Assembly (NCBI GenBank): GCA_046726415.1
Contig: JBKPAK010000300.1
Coordinates: 1 to 17,378, forward strand
From: Candidatus Methylomirabilota bacterium
GTDB taxonomy: Bacteria; Methylomirabilota; Methylomirabilia; Rokubacteriales; CSP1-6
Direction: 5' to 3'
DNA: 17,378 bases
The stretch's first letter is position 1. Each line of letters opens with the position of its first letter. Below are positions 8,181 to 15,904 of this stretch, piece by piece. Under the pieces are notes generated by a model. That model was not told where the DNA came from, did not search any database, and saw only the letters and a list, made by a program, of their open reading frames with translations. Both the position numbers and the translations under genes were made by a program.

Positions 8181-9280
8181 TATAGGGAGTCGGGCGCGCG
8201 CCGTCTCGGCAAACCAGGTGGCAGGCAGGACGGACCATCGGCGGGGACGGGCCCGCCATGGGACTGAGGCTCGGCGAACGCGCTCACCATAGCTTCCGAG
8301 GGCAGCGCGGGGGCGTCGCCGTGGAGATAGCAGGCCACCGCTCGGTGGCGGTCCGACTGGAAGAGGGGGGGCGCGGCCTCCAGGCAGCGCGCGACGACGG
8401 ATGGGCAACGCGCGGCGAACTTGCACCCCGCGCCGCCCCCGTCTTGGACCGCGACGGGTGCCGTCGCGCTCTCCTCGATCCAGGTTCGCTCGGCGCTGGC
8501 CAGCGGGATTGAGGAGAGCAGAAGCTGCGTGTACGGATGTCGCGGCTGCTTGACCACCAGCTGCACGTCGCCCGCCTCGGCGACCGAGCCTCGATAGAGC
8601 ACGACGATGTTATCGCTGATCTGGTAGGCCGTCGCCAGGTCGTGCGTGATGTAGACGATGGAGATACCGAGCTCCGCGTTCATCCGGCGCAGCGAGGCCA
8701 GGATGGTGGCGCGCAGGGAGGCGTCCACCATCGACACCGGCTCGTCGGCCAGGATGAGACGAGGCTTCATCAGGAGGGCCCGCGCCACCATCACTCGCTG
8801 CCGCTGGCCGCCGCTCAGCTGGTGCGGGAAGCGGCCCAGGGTTTCCTCCGGACGAAGGCCCACCGTCCGCAGCACGTCCTCGATCAGGGTTCGTGCGCCG
8901 GCCCGCGACGCAGCGAGGTGGAACTTCGACACGGGCGTCGTCAACACGTGGTCGACCCGGTAGAACGGGTTGTACACCTCGTAGGGGTCCTGGAAGATGA
9001 CCTGCACGTCGCGGCGGAACGCGCGCCAGTCGGCGCGGGACATCGTCCGGAGGTCGTGCCCCTGGTAGAGGACCTGTCCCCGCGTCGGCGCGGTCAGGCC
9101 CAGGAGCACACGGCCCAACGTGGTCTTGCCGCTCCCGCTCTCTCCCACCACGGCGGTGATCGAAGGCCGATCGGTGTCGAAGGCCAGAGAGAAATCTTCG
9201 AGCGCCCGGGTGGAGGTTCGGTCGAAGAGGCCCCCGCCGAAAAACTTGCTAACCCGCCGGGCCTCGACCAGGGTCGTCAT
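8180..9280 (-). CDS. Oligopeptide/dipeptide-type ABC transporter ATP-binding protein (OppF/DppF-like)
   Basis: Walker A GESGSGKTT, signature 'FPHQLSGGQRQR', 'LILADEPVSMVD', and a C-terminal oligo_HPY domain (PRHPYT...GCKFAARC). Confidence 0.93.
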   Translation of the reverse strand: MTTLVEARRVSKFFGGGLFDRTSTRALEDFSLAFDTDRPSITAVVGESGSGKTTLGRVLLGLTAPTRGQVLYQGHDLRTMSRADWRAFRRDVQVIFQDPYEVYNPFYRVDHVLTTPVSKFHLAASRAGARTLIEDVLRTVGLRPEETLGRFPHQLSGGQRQRVMVARALLMKPRLILADEPVSMVDASLRATILASLRRMNAELGISIVYITHDLATAYQISDNIVVLYRGSVAEAGDVQLVVKQPRHPYTQLLLSSIPLASAERTWIEESATAPVAVQDGGGAGCKFAARCPSVVARCLEAAPPLFQSDRHRAVACYLHGDAPALPSEAMVSAFAEPQSHGGPVPADGPSCLPPGLPRRRAPDSL

Positions 9281-9290
9281 GGCCGGCAGC

Positions 9291-10247
9291 TCACCGCAGG
9301 TGGCACGCGGCCCAGCCGTCCGGGCGCGCCTCGCGGAGGTGCGGCTCCTCGGCGCGGCAGCGATCGAACGCGTGTGGGCATCGAGGATGGAACGCGCAGC
9401 CAGGTGGGAGGTCGCGCAGCAGCGGGATGAGGCCCGGAATGCCGCGAAACGTCCCCTTCCGGTCGAACGAGGGGAGACTGGCGATCAGCATCTCGGAGTA
9501 GGGATGCAGCGGCTGGACGAAGATGTCGCGCACCGGAGACAGCTCGACCAGCTTCCCGGCATACATGACGCCGAGCCGGTCCACGAACTGGGCCATGAGC
9601 CCCATGTCGTGCCCGACCAGGATCACCGAGGCCCCCAGATCCTTCTGCACCCTGGCCAACGTTTCCATGACCTGCTTCTGCACCACCACATCGAGGGCAC
9701 TCGTGGGCTCGTCGGCAATGATGACGCGGGGACGGAGGCTGATGGCGATAGCGATGCAGGCGCGCTGCTTCATACCACCGCTCAGCTCGTGAGGGAACAT
9801 GTCGGCGACCTCCGGCCGGAGACCGACGGACTCGAGCAGCTCACGGACCCGCTCGCCCGCCCGCCGCCGCGACATCTGGAGACCGTGATCCTTCAGCGCA
9901 TCGGCGATCTGCTCCTTGATCCGCATCACCGGGTTCAGCGAGTTCATCGAGCCCTGCGGGATCAGGGCGATGCGCGCCAGCCGCACCTGCCGCATCTCCT
10001 CCTCGGAGAGGGTGAGTAGATTGACGCCGTCGAGCCAGACCTCGCCGCCCTCGATGCGGCCGGGAGGCTTGATCATGCGCAGGATGGCGAGGGCCATCGT
10101 CGACTTGCCGGAGCCCGATTCGCCGGCGACGCCGAGGCGCTCGCCGGCTCGCAGGCTGAAGCTGATGGTGTCGGCCGCCTTCACCGCGCCGAGCGGCGTG
10201 CCGTAGTGAACGAGCAGGTCGCGAACCCGGAGGACGTCGGCGGTCAG
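9291..10247 (-). CDS. Oligopeptide/dipeptide-type ABC transporter ATP-binding protein (OppD/DppD-like), probable CTG start
   Basis: GESGSGKST, 'FPHELSGGMKQR', 'IIADEPTSALDV' and 'PLHPYS...GCAFHPRC'. The conserved N-terminal strand (DVLRVRDLLVHY) extends upstream of the track's GTG at 10184 to CTG 10247. Confidence 0.9.
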   Translation of the reverse strand: MTADVLRVRDLLVHYGTPLGAVKAADTISFSLRAGERLGVAGESGSGKSTMALAILRMIKPPGRIEGGEVWLDGVNLLTLSEEEMRQVRLARIALIPQGSMNSLNPVMRIKEQIADALKDHGLQMSRRRAGERVRELLESVGLRPEVADMFPHELSGGMKQRACIAIAISLRPRVIIADEPTSALDVVVQKQVMETLARVQKDLGASVILVGHDMGLMAQFVDRLGVMYAGKLVELSPVRDIFVQPLHPYSEMLIASLPSFDRKGTFRGIPGLIPLLRDLPPGCAFHPRCPHAFDRCRAEEPHLREARPDGWAACHLR

Positions 10248-11101
10248 ATGGCTCTCCTGAGCCGGGGGTTGGCAATCTCATCCAGCCCCACGGTGAGAAA
10301 GAAGAGGCCGAGGAAGACGACGAGGATGATCGCCAGGGGCGCTGACCACCACCACCACCAACCGTTGATGAGCGCCGCGTTGAAGTTCACCCAGTAGAGC
10401 GTCATGCCGAGCGTCGGCGAGTCGATCGGTCCCAGCCCCAGCACCTCCAGACCGATGGAGGCGAGGATCGCCGACGACACGGCGTTGACCAACGTCGCCG
10501 CGAGATACGGCAGGAGGTTCGGCATCAGCTCCACGACGATGATCTCCGGTCCGCTCATGCCGGACAGGCGGGCCACCTCGACGTAACCGCGCTCGCGCAG
10601 GCTCAGGACCTGGGCCCGGATGGTGCGCGCGGGATTGAGCCAGGCCAGCGAGGCCACGACGATCGCCATCTGGTCCACGGTCAGCCCCTTCTTGAGCGAG
10701 ACGGCGATGATGATCAGCAGCAGGAGCCCCGGCACGGTGAGGCCGATGTCCACGACGCCCCGGATCATCGTGTCGACGGTGCCTCGGTAGTACGCGGAGA
10801 CGAAGCCGAGCACGGCGCCGATGCCCACGCCGAGGAATCCGGCGATGAATCCGATACGCAAGGTGAGCGGCGTGCCGGCCACCATGGTCGCCAGCAAGTC
10901 TCGGCCTTGCCGATCCGTGCCGAAGGGATGCTCGGCGGATGGGGATCTGACGGCGGGCGCCGAGAGCGGCCGGCTCTTGCTGGTGTCCACGACGAGGTGG
11001 CCGATACCCACGAACAGCGCCAGCGCCAGGAGCAGGACGAGCCCGACGACGAGGGAGACGTTGCGACGCATGTAGCGCAGCGCCGTCCTGGTCTGCCCCA
11101 T
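10244..11101 (-). CDS. ABC transporter permease (OppC/DppC-like)
   Basis: 'HPFGTDRQGRDL', an EAA-like loop 'ERGYVEVARLSGMSG', multiple TM segments and a C-terminal 'LDEIANPRLR'. Confidence 0.93.
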   Translation of the reverse strand: MGQTRTALRYMRRNVSLVVGLVLLLALALFVGIGHLVVDTSKSRPLSAPAVRSPSAEHPFGTDRQGRDLLATMVAGTPLTLRIGFIAGFLGVGIGAVLGFVSAYYRGTVDTMIRGVVDIGLTVPGLLLLIIIAVSLKKGLTVDQMAIVVASLAWLNPARTIRAQVLSLRERGYVEVARLSGMSGPEIIVVELMPNLLPYLAATLVNAVSSAILASIGLEVLGLGPIDSPTLGMTLYWVNFNAALINGWWWWWSAPLAIILVVFLGLFFLTVGLDEIANPRLRRAI

Positions 11102-11108
11102 CGCGACC

Positions 11109-12113
11109 TTACGTCCTCCGGTAGCTGATACGCGGATCGAGCAACGGATAGAGCACGTCGAGGATCAGGGTGGCAACGCCGAGCGCTACGATGACGGTGA
11201 ACACGATGCCCTGGATCAGGAAGTGGTCGTTCTCCCTGATGGCGTGGAACAGAATCGTCCCCACGCCGGGGTAGCCGAAAATGACCTCCACCAGCACCGC
11301 GCCCGACAGGATGTTGCCGAGGGCGAGGGCCAGGGCGGTGGTCTGCGGGAGGATCGCATTCCTGACGCAGTAGCGGAAGAAAATGGTGGCGCGCCTGAGT
11401 CCCTTGGCCTCGGCGAAGGTCACATAGTCCTCGCCCTGGGTGGTGACCATCATCCCGCGCATCCCGAGCGCCCAACCGCCCGTGGCCACCAGCACGATCG
11501 ACAGCGCCGGCAGGATGGCGTGGGCGATCACGTCACCTGCGAAGGTCAGGGTCGGCCCGGGGAAGGCGCCTGCGGTGTAGCCGCCGAACATGGGCAGCAG
11601 CTGCATCCGGAAGGCCAGCACGTACATGAGGATCAAGCCGAGGAGGAAGAAGGGAATGGCGTGCAACGCCCACAGGGGCGGCATGAGGAGGCGCATCCAG
11701 CGCGGGGCGCCTGGCCACGCGAGCAGAGCGCCCAGCAGGGTGCCGATGGTGAAGGACAGCGCAGTGGTGACGCCGAGCAGGCCAACCGTCCACGGGATCG
11801 CCTCGGCGATGATCTCGTTCACCGTTCTCGGGTAGCTCGAGATCGAGTAGTTGAAGTCGAACCGGGACACGTCGCGCAGATAGGTGACGTACTGCTTCCA
11901 GAGCGGCCGGTCCAGGCCGAAGCGCTGCTCGTATTCCTTCACCATCGCCTCCAGACCCGCCTGCACGTGGCCCCCGAGCGACGCTTGTTGCAGCAAGGTG
12001 GCGCGGACCGGATCCTGCCCGGACAACCGGGGCAGGAAGAAGTTGAGCGTGGCGGCCAGCCACACGATCAGCAGGAAGACGCCAATGCGCCTGGCCAGGT
12101 AATCAGCGCGCAC
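11109..12113 (-). CDS. ABC transporter permease (OppB/DppB-like)
   Basis: 'FGLDRPLWKQYVTYL', 'EDYVTFAEAKGL', 'GAVLVEVIFGYPGVG' and 'LYPLLDPRI'. Confidence 0.93.
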   Translation of the reverse strand: MRADYLARRIGVFLLIVWLAATLNFFLPRLSGQDPVRATLLQQASLGGHVQAGLEAMVKEYEQRFGLDRPLWKQYVTYLRDVSRFDFNYSISSYPRTVNEIIAEAIPWTVGLLGVTTALSFTIGTLLGALLAWPGAPRWMRLLMPPLWALHAIPFFLLGLILMYVLAFRMQLLPMFGGYTAGAFPGPTLTFAGDVIAHAILPALSIVLVATGGWALGMRGMMVTTQGEDYVTFAEAKGLRRATIFFRYCVRNAILPQTTALALALGNILSGAVLVEVIFGYPGVGTILFHAIRENDHFLIQGIVFTVIVALGVATLILDVLYPLLDPRISYRRT

Positions 12114-12167
12114 GACGGCTCCGCGCGGGCCAGAGAGGCCGGGGGGACACCGGGGAGGCCGGCTCGG

Positions 12168-13937
12168 CTACTGGGCGGGCTGCAGGTTCCAGAGGACTAT
12201 CGCGTACGTCAGGTGCCAAAAGGCGCCGTTGACGTAGGCGTTCTGCTCCGTGGGCCAGTTCGTCCAGTACGTGGTGTTCATCGGGATGCGGTGGAAGTTG
12301 TGCACGAGCGGGATGTCCGGCAGCTCGGGAATCCAGATCTCCATGGCCTTGTGGAACAGCTCGGTCAACCTGGCCTTGTTGTTCATGTCGGTGACGAACA
12401 CGTCGTCCACGATCTTGTTGTAGGCGTCGTTCTTCCACCGCGCGAAGTTGACGAGATGGGCACCCGGTACCGCCACGCTCACGCTCTGGTAGAGCCGGAG
12501 CGTATGGTACGGGTCGTTCACGCTGCCGCCGTGCCCGTAGATCGCGCCGGTGTATTGCCCCTTCTGGAACCGATCGTCGAAATCCGGCGGCAGGCTCAGG
12601 CTGGCCTCGACGCCCTGGCGCTTCAAAAGCTCGGTCAGCACAGGACCGATAGCCGGCCCGCTGCCCCCGAAGCCGATGATGTCGAGCTTGAGGCGATTGC
12701 CCTGAGCATCCACCCAGAATCCCCCGCCATCCTTCTTCCAGCCCTTGCGGGTGAGAAGCTCGTCGCCCTTTTTGGGATTGAACTCGAGCGTGTTGTGCTT
12801 GGCCAGCAGATCCTTCACCGACGCGATGTAGGGACGCAGCGGAGGGTACTCGGGCAAGGGCAGCGGCGCGGCGAGCGACGCGCCGACGTAGCCCACGTCG
12901 ATGATCTGCTGGCGGTCGATGAAGTAGCTCAGCGCCCACCGGACGTCCTTGTCGTTGAACGGAGGCCGCTCGTTGTTCACGTACAACGAGATCGGCCACC
13001 AGTCCATGTACCCGAGGGGAGGCTTCTGCCCGGTGTGCGTGACGATCTTGGCGTTCTGTCGGAACATCGTCGGGAAGGTGGCCGGCTGCATGCCTTGGCT
13101 GAAGTCGACCTGGTTGGTGATGAGCGCCTGCGCCAATTGCTGCTCGCCGGCCGAGGGGAGCCAGACATTGCGCTCGACCTTGGGCATCGGGGCCAGCCCG
13201 GCCTTGGCCGCCCACCACTCGTCGCGCCGATCGATGACCTTCTGCTGGGGGGACGAGAACACCACCTTCCAGGGGCTGGTGGTGACGGGCCAGTCCTTGG
13301 CCAGATCGAAGTGCTTGAACGAGGTCCAGTCCTGTCCCTGGAAGACGTGCTTGGGGACGATGTACACGCCGATGTCGTACTTGTAGGTCATGAAGTAGAA
13401 GAAGCGGGGCGCGGGCACTTTGAACCTGATGACGACGGTGTTGGGGGCGGTGGTCTTCGCCTCCTGCATGAACTGCTGCACGTCGACGCCCCAGCGCACC
13501 TTCGGCCCCAGCTCCTTGAGACTGTTCAGCGTGTAGGTCACGTCGTCCGCGCTGAACGGCGTTCCGTCGCTCCACTTGATGCCGGAGCGCGTCTTGATGG
13601 TCAGCTCCTTGAAGTCGGGGCCGTACTTGTAGCTCTCGGCCAGCCACAGGTACTCCTTGTCGGCGAACGCGCTGTAGTACGCGAGTGGCTCATAGAGGAT
13701 GCCCGGGCCGTTCTGATGGTTGGAGCCGATGGCGTAGGGATTCCACAGCTCGTAGTCGATCCAGCGGCCCTCGCGGCTGCCGGACCACACCAGGGTGAGC
13801 GTCCGGTTTCGCGGCACATTGCGCAGCTGAGCGGACGCCGGGCGCGCGGGGGCCATGGCCGCCGCCCCGGCCGCCATGGTACTCGCCCTGATGAAGTCTC
13901 GCCGGCTGAATCGCTGCCGTCTGTTCCGCTCCGTCAT
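12168..13937 (-). CDS. Family 5 ABC substrate-binding protein (OppA/DppA-like) with a twin-arginine (Tat) signal, 589 aa
   Basis: True start at MTERNRRQRFSRRDFIRAS... (SRRDFI Tat motif, ASA-Q cleavage site) with a GGAGA RBS. 'IKWSDGTPFSADDVTYT' and 'PPFNDKDVRWALSYFIDRQQI' are family 5 motifs. Confidence 0.93.
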   Translation of the reverse strand: MTERNRRQRFSRRDFIRASTMAAGAAAMAPARPASAQLRNVPRNRTLTLVWSGSREGRWIDYELWNPYAIGSNHQNGPGILYEPLAYYSAFADKEYLWLAESYKYGPDFKELTIKTRSGIKWSDGTPFSADDVTYTLNSLKELGPKVRWGVDVQQFMQEAKTTAPNTVVIRFKVPAPRFFYFMTYKYDIGVYIVPKHVFQGQDWTSFKHFDLAKDWPVTTSPWKVVFSSPQQKVIDRRDEWWAAKAGLAPMPKVERNVWLPSAGEQQLAQALITNQVDFSQGMQPATFPTMFRQNAKIVTHTGQKPPLGYMDWWPISLYVNNERPPFNDKDVRWALSYFIDRQQIIDVGYVGASLAAPLPLPEYPPLRPYIASVKDLLAKHNTLEFNPKKGDELLTRKGWKKDGGGFWVDAQGNRLKLDIIGFGGSGPAIGPVLTELLKRQGVEASLSLPPDFDDRFQKGQYTGAIYGHGGSVNDPYHTLRLYQSVSVAVPGAHLVNFARWKNDAYNKIVDDVFVTDMNNKARLTELFHKAMEIWIPELPDIPLVHNFHRIPMNTTYWTNWPTEQNAYVNGAFWHLTYAIVLWNLQPAQ

Positions 13938-14001
13938 GGCGTTCTCCGTTCCATGTGCTGGACGACTCGCGCGCGTCGGGCGCGAGTCCCACCGGCTGGA
14001 G

Positions 14002-14030
14002 ACACTACGCGTCGGCCGGGGAGCGGTCAA
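14002..14030 (-). promoter_or_regulatory. Putative sigma70 promoter of the ABC-DUF1116-fdrA operon
   Basis: The minus strand reads TTGACC-N17-TAGTGT. A 9-bp stem-loop (13964-13988) follows in the predicted leader. Confidence 0.6.
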
Positions 14031-14190
14031 GGTGATGGGGCGGGCCCACGATGCGGCGCTGAGGCGCGGCGCCAAGCGGGTGGCTTCACCTTCCTGGCCA
14101 TGACCTTTACCCCGCCAATGGGTGCAAGACGTTGATCGCCCAGCCCACGTCCAGGCGCTCGCCCATCCAGCCCGGCATTGCCGTCCGCAC

Positions 14191-14514
14191 ATGGAGATGA
14201 AGCTCCTCGGCGTCGTGCCGCGCCACGGGGACTTGCACAGGATCGACGGGTACCTCGGGAGGCGGCGGAACCTCGAGCAAGAGCCTGCCGTCTGGGATCA
14301 CCGCCGCGATCACGGCGGCCTTCGCGGCGCGGCCGATCGAGGCGGTGCTGGATCTTGCAATCCGGTCGGCTCCTACCCCCTGCGTCCCCTTCAGCCCTCG
14401 CGGCCGTACCGCTTGCAGACGGACCGGGCGCGCTGCCATGTCAACTGGGTGGTGCTCGACGGCGACTCGGAGGCCGAGTTCTGCCGGGTGGCCGAGGCGC
14501 ACCCGATCCGATGA
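14191..14514 (+). other. Possible small or degraded hypothetical gene in the divergent intergenic region
   Basis: Codon-like GC3 bias at both ends of the frame (MEMKLLGVVPRHGD... and ...CHVNWVVLDGDSEAEFCRVAEAHPIR). The middle reads better in another frame (GITAAITAAFAARPIEAVLDLA). No recognisable family. Confidence 0.3.
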
Positions 14515-14540
14515 ATTCTGTCGCACCTGCGCCGGGCGCG

Positions 14541-14569
14541 TTGACCGCTCGGCGCGTCTCCGCTAGGCT
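14541..14569 (+). promoter_or_regulatory. Putative sigma70 promoter of pcaHGB
   Basis: TTGACC-N17-TAGGCT. Confidence 0.6.
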
Positions 14570-14653
14570 CGCGCCATGCTCGACCGCCCGGCACGACGTC
14601 GGAGGATCGGGCGCGTGCGGGGCGAGTCTGCCGACGCTGCGAGGGAGATGACA

Positions 14654-15340
14654 ATGGTCAAGACACTGGCCGCCGACGTTCACCCGCCATACCTGTACCC
14701 CGACTACAAGAGCACGCGGTTGCGCGCGCCGGGGCTGCCGCTAGTGCAGGTGGCGCCGAGTCCGCTCGAGGCGGCGGGCCCGGCGTTTCCCAAGCACTTC
14801 GTGAAGGGCAGCGAGGCCGACCTGACGAGGTGGGGCAAGAGCGCGCCGCTCGGCGAGAAGATGGTGCTCGTCGGCCGCGTGCTCGACGACGACGGCCGGC
14901 CGGTGCGGCGCTCGCTCGTCGAGGTGTGGCAGGCCAACGCGTCGGGAAGGTATCCGCGCCCGGTGGACGACCACGACGCGCCGCTCGATCCCAACTTCCT
15001 CGGCAAGGGACAGGTGCTCACGGACGACGAGGGGCGTTATCGCGTCGTGACGGTCAAGCCCGGCGCGTATCCATGGCAGAACCACGCCTTCGCGTGGCGC
15101 CCGGCGCACATTCACCTATCGCTCTTCGGCAACGCCTACGCCCAGCGCCTCATCACGCAGATGTTCTTCCCCGGCGATCCACTGCTCGCGATCGATCCGA
15201 TCTTCAACAGCGTGCCCGAGGCCGGGCGCCGGCTCTTGATCGCGGACCTCGACCTCGGGCACGGCGTCGAGGGGGTGGCGCTCGGTTACCGGTTCGACCT
15301 CGTGCTGCGCGGGCCGCGCGCCACGCCGATGGGGGTGTGA
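14654..15340 (+). CDS. pcaH: Protocatechuate 3,4-dioxygenase beta subunit
   Basis: 'HPPYLYPDYKSTRLRAP', 'VEVWQANASGRY', 'LDPNFLG', 'KPGAYPWQNHAFAWRPAHIHLSLFG' (both Tyr and both His iron ligands present) and 'LITQMFFPGDPL'. GAGGGAG RBS. In-frame ATGs at 14576 and 14648 are alternative starts. Confidence 0.95.
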   Translation: MVKTLAADVHPPYLYPDYKSTRLRAPGLPLVQVAPSPLEAAGPAFPKHFVKGSEADLTRWGKSAPLGEKMVLVGRVLDDDGRPVRRSLVEVWQANASGRYPRPVDDHDAPLDPNFLGKGQVLTDDEGRYRVVTVKPGAYPWQNHAFAWRPAHIHLSLFGNAYAQRLITQMFFPGDPLLAIDPIFNSVPEAGRRLLIADLDLGHGVEGVALGYRFDLVLRGPRATPMGV

Positions 15341-15342
15341 CC

Positions 15343-15891
15343 ATGGCGAAGGCGACGCCCTCGCAGACGATCGGCCCCTTCTTCGCGCGCGAGTTGATCT
15401 GGAGCGACGGCGGGAAGGTCACCTTCGCCGGACAAGGGGAGCGCGTCACCTTGACGGGACGCGTGCTCGATGGCAGCGGTGCGCCCGTCATCGACGCCCT
15501 GTTCGAGACCTGGCAAGCTGACGCGGCCGGCCAGCTTCCCTCGGGCAGCGAAGGCGCCCGGCCGTACGGCTACGGCCGTGTCTCGACGGGCTCTGATGGC
15601 GGGTATGCGATCGACACCGTCATGCCCGGCTCGTTCAGGGGACCGGGGGGCGAGACGTACGCGCCCCAGCTCAGCGTGACGATCTTCGCGCGCGGGCTCC
15701 TGAAGGGGGTGCAGACGCGCGTGTTCCTCGCCCCGCACGACGCGATCAAGGACGATCCGCTGGCCCGTGCCGTGGGCGATCCCGACCGGCTCCGCACGCT
15801 GATCGCGGCTCGCGATCCCGGCAATCCGAAGATCTATCGCTGGGACGTCCGGCTGCAGGGCGCCGGCGAAACGGTGTTCATCGAGATCTAG
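15343..15891 (+). CDS. pcaG: Protocatechuate 3,4-dioxygenase alpha subunit, 182 aa
   Basis: 'TPSQTIGPFF', 'GRVLDGSGAPVIDALFETWQADAAG', 'IFARGLLK' and 'YRWDVRLQGAGETVF'. Starts 2 nt after the pcaH stop. Confidence 0.93.
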   Translation: MAKATPSQTIGPFFARELIWSDGGKVTFAGQGERVTLTGRVLDGSGAPVIDALFETWQADAAGQLPSGSEGARPYGYGRVSTGSDGGYAIDTVMPGSFRGPGGETYAPQLSVTIFARGLLKGVQTRVFLAPHDAIKDDPLARAVGDPDRLRTLIAARDPGNPKIYRWDVRLQGAGETVFIEI

Positions 15892-15904
15892 CGCGCGAGC
15901 GCCG

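Noticed and set aside
10340..10362. (CCA)n microsatellite
   Set aside because: It simply encodes the WWWWW run in the permease.
11223..14135. 970-aa plus-strand ORF
   Set aside because: It is the antisense shadow of the oppA/oppB-like genes. Stop-poor reverse frames are expected at high GC, and it has no motifs.
13938..14192. ORF-track N-terminal extension of the binding protein (also the 8426 start for DUF1116 and the 14830 start for pcaG)
   Set aside because: The Tat signal, RBS positions and overlap with neighbouring genes place the real starts at 13937, 8180/8135 and 15343.
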